Translations under genes and position numbers: made by a program
Shown: positions 60,953 to 64,000 of the stretch, piece after piece
Layout of the letters: the number at the start of each line of letters is the position of its first letter
Position numbering within the stretch: the stretch's first letter is position 1
Assembly (NCBI GenBank): GCA_051859245.1
Contig: JBHYGA010000001.1
Coordinates: forward strand, 1,181,722 to 1,245,721
Origin: Gemmatimonadaceae bacterium
GTDB lineage: Bacteria > Gemmatimonadota > Gemmatimonadetes > Gemmatimonadales > Gemmatimonadaceae
Direction of reading: 5' to 3'
DNA: 64,000 bases
The notes under the pieces: model-generated
Seen by the model: only the letters and a program-made list of their open reading frames with translations
What the model was told of the DNA's origin: nothing
Database searches by the model: none

Positions 60953-61439
60953 GCGGCGCTGCGCTCTCTGTTTCGTCATCATCGTCAAACCCTTTGATGG
61001 GTTGCGGAATGGCGAACGGATCGAGCGTCACCAATCGATCGTCACCGTGTTCGTTGAACGCAGCGTCATTAGCGCCCTGCGCCTGCACTTCGCGCACAAG
61101 TGACAGGAGACACTCAGCGAAAAGCGCGAGCTCCGAAAGGCCCGTTTTCTTCGTCTTCAGCTTCAGCTCTACGTGCTCTTCTCGGCTCCCGTCGCGTTTG
61201 TAGAAGAGGCTCTTAAGGGTGAGTGACACCGCAGCAAAATCCTGCTTGTCGTAGCGGAGCCTGCCACTCACGGAGCTCATCGCCACCGTCCTGCCGTCGC
61301 GCACTTCACGTTCGTGCAATGCGTAGACCCGCGCTGCGCAGGAACGGTCCGTGGCAATGTTTGCGTGCGTCGTTGTATCCCACGGCTCGTACTGCGTGTG
61401 CGTCGAGGCGGCGTTCGCGGCCTTGGTCGTGCGTGGCAT
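60939..61439 (-). CDS. hypothetical element protein
   Basis: AAGGAG RBS and its own sigma70 promoter. Confidence 0.7.
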   Translation of the reverse strand: MPRTTKAANAASTHTQYEPWDTTTHANIATDRSCAARVYALHEREVRDGRTVAMSSVSGRLRYDKQDFAAVSLTLKSLFYKRDGSREEHVELKLKTKKTGLSELALFAECLLSLVREVQAQGANDAAFNEHGDDRLVTLDPFAIPQPIKGFDDDDETESAAPLTAA

Positions 61440-61492
61440 GGTGGCTCCTTGCAGTTGGTGAGCGGTGCGGCGCCGTGCGCGTCGCGGTCTCC

Positions 61493-61521
61493 AGTGTACG
61501 TTTATGCGTACAAGCGCACAA
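61493..61521 (-). promoter_or_regulatory. sigma70 promoter with embedded palindromic operator TGTACG-N6-CGTACA
   Basis: Minus strand TTGTGC-17 bp-TACACT; palindrome at 61495-61512. Confidence 0.7.
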
Positions 61522-61817
61522 GGTCGCGCGCCACACGTTCTTCAAGCAAAAGGCGTCTTGGGCAAGCAGTGGGGTACTGCGTTGGTGTAGGTTGCGGGTG
61601 CGCGCGTTGCGCGCGAAAAGAGCCCGGCCGCACAGTATAAGTCTCGGCTGTGACTTCCCCAGCCGTCGCGCGTCGACTGGGGAGCGGATCTTGTGCCCGT
61701 ATTTCCGGGTAGGTACCTTCAGGACAAAATGACCTCGGATCGGAGCCTATCGGCGAGTCTCCCCTGCGCTTAGGCACCGATTCTTTGGAAAACTTATGAA
61801 GCTGAGGATGTTTCTGT

Positions 61818-62114
61818 CTGTCTGAATCCGAGCAGGACTTCGAGGCGCCGGATTACGTCAACTTTGCCGTTCTCACGCGGCGCGGGTTGGACGTAGCCCT
61901 ATCATTAGGGTACGTGGATCCGGGTAACGTGGCGCAAGTAGCAAAAATAGATGGCGAGGAACAGTCCTTGACGCCGATTGCGCTGCAAGGCCGCTTCGTT
62001 ATGTCATTAGGCGGCTTCGCCGCACTACATCGCGAAGTGGTTCGCCTTGCAAGCCAGCTGGAAGCAGAGGGCTTCGACATCGCTAGCCTTCATTTCGAGG
62101 AGACAGATTCTTGA
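61818..62114 (+). CDS. DUF3467-like small protein (probable CTG start)
   Basis: PDYVNFAVL..DVALSLGYVDP..GRFVMSLGGFAALHREV; GAGGA before CTG61818. Confidence 0.6.
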   Translation: MSESEQDFEAPDYVNFAVLTRRGLDVALSLGYVDPGNVAQVAKIDGEEQSLTPIALQGRFVMSLGGFAALHREVVRLASQLEAEGFDIASLHFEETDS

Positions 62115-62578
62115 CAACCGGGTTAGCAAAAATTGCGTCGCAGAGCATCGGCGCGCCGAAGGCTTCGTACGAATACCAGGTGGCCAAGACTAGTCGCGTG
62201 CCTGACGGTAACATTCGGAAGCACGTTGACATGTTGCTTTATGAGGAGAGCCTGAGGCAGCGCCTCGCTGACACCGTGACGCAGCTGCGCGAAATATTGC
62301 GCGCGGTTGCGAGCACCACGGTCACCTCTCTGTTGGCCCTCGCTCAGCCGCATTTCCCTAATGCCGAAGCGCGAGTCATCGAGAACGAGCAGTGGGCTCC
62401 GAGCAGTGGTATGGAGTTTGCGCGAATCGTGCTCTATTACGGGCTCCCGGATGAAGAGCACATCTCTGAGCAGATTGCTGAGCACCACGCCGCTGTCCGC
62501 GATGCATTCGTAGACTCTCTCCCGTCTCCGTTCGGACACCTTTTTGTGCTCGATAGACGCCTCAACAGCCCGCTGTGA
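62111..62578 (+). CDS. hypothetical protein, partner of the HEPN gene
   Basis: TTGA overlap with upstream gene, GAGGAG RBS; abuts the HEPN gene. Confidence 0.7.
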   Translation: MTTGLAKIASQSIGAPKASYEYQVAKTSRVPDGNIRKHVDMLLYEESLRQRLADTVTQLREILRAVASTTVTSLLALAQPHFPNAEARVIENEQWAPSSGMEFARIVLYYGLPDEEHISEQIAEHHAAVRDAFVDSLPSPFGHLFVLDRRLNSPL

Positions 62579-63007
62579 ATGGGAACGTCGGCTGACGAGC
62601 TGAAGGCTGCGGCGGATTGGTTATGCTTTCAATGGAAGGAAACGAGCTTAGCGGATGAGGCTAAGACACGTACCGCCGCGTCGCGCGCCTACTATGCTGC
62701 TCGGGCTCTTGCGCTGCAGTGCTTTGAAGAGGGAAGGGGACGCGATATTAGCGCCGCGAAACACCGTCCGTTTTGCACATGGCTTCGCGACAGCCAAGTT
62801 AAGACTTTGAATCAGCTTGGGGTGGATCTTCGCGAGCTGCTAGACCAACGGGCGACAGCGGATTATGACTGCAAGACCGCTCTCAAGTTCGGTGACGTTA
62901 GTCTGAAGTATACACCCTTCAGCTCGTGGTTTCGAAAGCGCGCGGAGCTCGTAGCGGCATTCTCGCAAGACAAGCGCGCCCTAGATCCAGAACTCAGCGC
63001 ACCGTAG
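62579..63007 (+). CDS. HEPN domain protein (UPF0332-like)
   Basis: AASRAYYAA, KH, LLDQRATADY signature. Confidence 0.8.
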   Translation: MGTSADELKAAADWLCFQWKETSLADEAKTRTAASRAYYAARALALQCFEEGRGRDISAAKHRPFCTWLRDSQVKTLNQLGVDLRELLDQRATADYDCKTALKFGDVSLKYTPFSSWFRKRAELVAAFSQDKRALDPELSAP

Positions 63008-63042
63008 CTACAGGACGACTGAAACACGCCGGTTTCGAGAAT

Positions 63043-63081
63043 CCCCCCCGTTCCCTCACGGAACGAGGGGTTCCGTTTTTT
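63043..63081 (+). terminator. terminator closing the HEPN cassette
   Basis: CCCC..CGTTCC-loop-GGAACG.GGGG then TTTTTT. Confidence 0.75.
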
Positions 63082-63573
63082 CTGCGTATGAAAGAGTGCC
63101 TGGAAGGTGACAATGACTCGTTTGGCTCGCCGCAGACGTATTAAGCACGCGGCGGAGGTGCGTGCTCGCATCGATGCACAGCGGGCGCCACCACACGACT
63201 CCGTCGTCACGCGCTGTACGGTTGATGGCCTCGATGAGCGCCGCGCGATCCGCGCAGAGCATAACAGCGGTGGACGATAGGAAGAGGTAGCGCATGCCGA
63301 CATGATACGGCGAGGCGTCACGGCGGTGTCACTGCTCGCTTGCGTGGCGACCGCCGACTGGGCGGCGGCACAACTTGCGCACCCCTCACTCTCTCTCTAT
63401 TTTAGTCTAAGCTAAGTTCGATCACCGCTTCGGCGGCCCGGTCTTGGCGCCGTGCAAACGGAAACGTCGGGCCAGAAGCGGTTCCTTCTGCTGCACCCGG
63501 TCATACAACGCTCTCCCGCGAGAGCGTCTGTGTGCCCGGGTTTTTTGCGTTCATTCCCATCTCTGGAGGTCCC

Positions 63574-63786
63574 ATGCCGGTTCTTGCTGCACCTCGCGTC
63601 CCGCTGATGCAGGCCGCGCTCAAACTCGGTTGGAACTACAACCGCACACGCGACGGCATTCTGTGCGGTCATCTTCGCGGCGAACAGGATGACCGGGGAC
63701 GGTGGTACGTCGACGCGGAGTCTCTAGCGTCCGCAATCGCTGCGCGCTCAACTACGGTCGGCACTGCATCCGCCACACACCCTTAA
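63574..63786 (+). CDS. small excisionase/HTH-like protein
   Basis: GGAGG RBS; LMQAALKLG...ILCGHLRGEQDDRGRWYVDAESL wing motif. Confidence 0.7.
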   Translation: MPVLAAPRVPLMQAALKLGWNYNRTRDGILCGHLRGEQDDRGRWYVDAESLASAIAARSTTVGTASATHP

Positions 63787-63849
63787 CGCACGAACGCGCG
63801 ACGGGGGCTGTGGGGCCCGTATCCGCCGCGCGTTCATGGAGACTGACAG

Positions 63850-64000
63850 ATGAAAAGTAGCAACTTCCGTCGACAGTTGAAAGCGACTCTGCGCGTATCT
63901 CCGGACAACAGTCTGCCGGCGCCACCGAGGATACTGCCGTTCCGGCCGCGCGAACCCCGGGGTACGCTCCGCGGCGACACGCACTCGACGCACTGGGACA
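63850..64000 (+). CDS. hypothetical protein, 3' partial
   Basis: GGAG RBS, ATG63850, frame open to window end. Confidence 0.45.
   Translation, partial: MKSSNFRRQLKATLRVSPDNSLPAPPRILPFRPREPRGTLRGDTHSTHWD

Larger units (their letters stand above)
59080..64000. mobile_element. integrative, prophage- or satellite-like element at tRNA-Pro (continues beyond window)
   Basis: Starts at tRNA 3' end with IHF-like site; excisionase-like HTHs, XRE regulator, orphan genes, visibly more A/T-rich cargo; no integrase inside the window. Confidence 0.75.

Noticed and set aside
63056..63295. 79-aa minus-strand ORF in the element
   Set aside because: No motif, and it ends within the terminator; cannot be supported

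Overview
GC-rich bacterial chromosome window. Gene content (PEP-CTERM protein, PGN-type EF-P, propeller/Y_Y_Y hybrid kinase, TonB receptor with carboxypeptidase-like N-domain) suggests Gemmatimonadota; this is inference, not a database hit. From left to right: a partial TsdA-like cytochrome, an Asp-rich protein, a lone tRNA-Ile, pilT, an S1/P1 nuclease, a LytS/LytTR pair, an esterase and a deoxyhypusine-synthase-like gene. Next comes a tightly coupled, LacI-headed operon of about 14 kb (12.4-26.6 kb) that looks like a 'polyester utilisation locus'. It holds a TonB receptor, a secreted PHB-depolymerase-family esterase, a Na+/solute symporter, two acyl-CoA ligases, a MaoC hydratase, a FabH-fold enzyme lacking the His/Asn catalytic residues, a V4R-like protein and acetoacetate-CoA ligase. 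It is followed by hppD-hmgA, housekeeping genes (apaG, infA, ybbAP/tesA, efp), a 7-tRNA operon, a degenerate tRNA-Gly with a small mosaic island, envelope genes, ppk2 and a hybrid kinase. At the right end is an integrative, prophage-like element at tRNA-Pro. It carries excisionase-like and XRE genes, long leader hairpins and a three-gene DUF3467-like/unknown/HEPN cassette. All calls come from motif recognition by eye; no searches were run.
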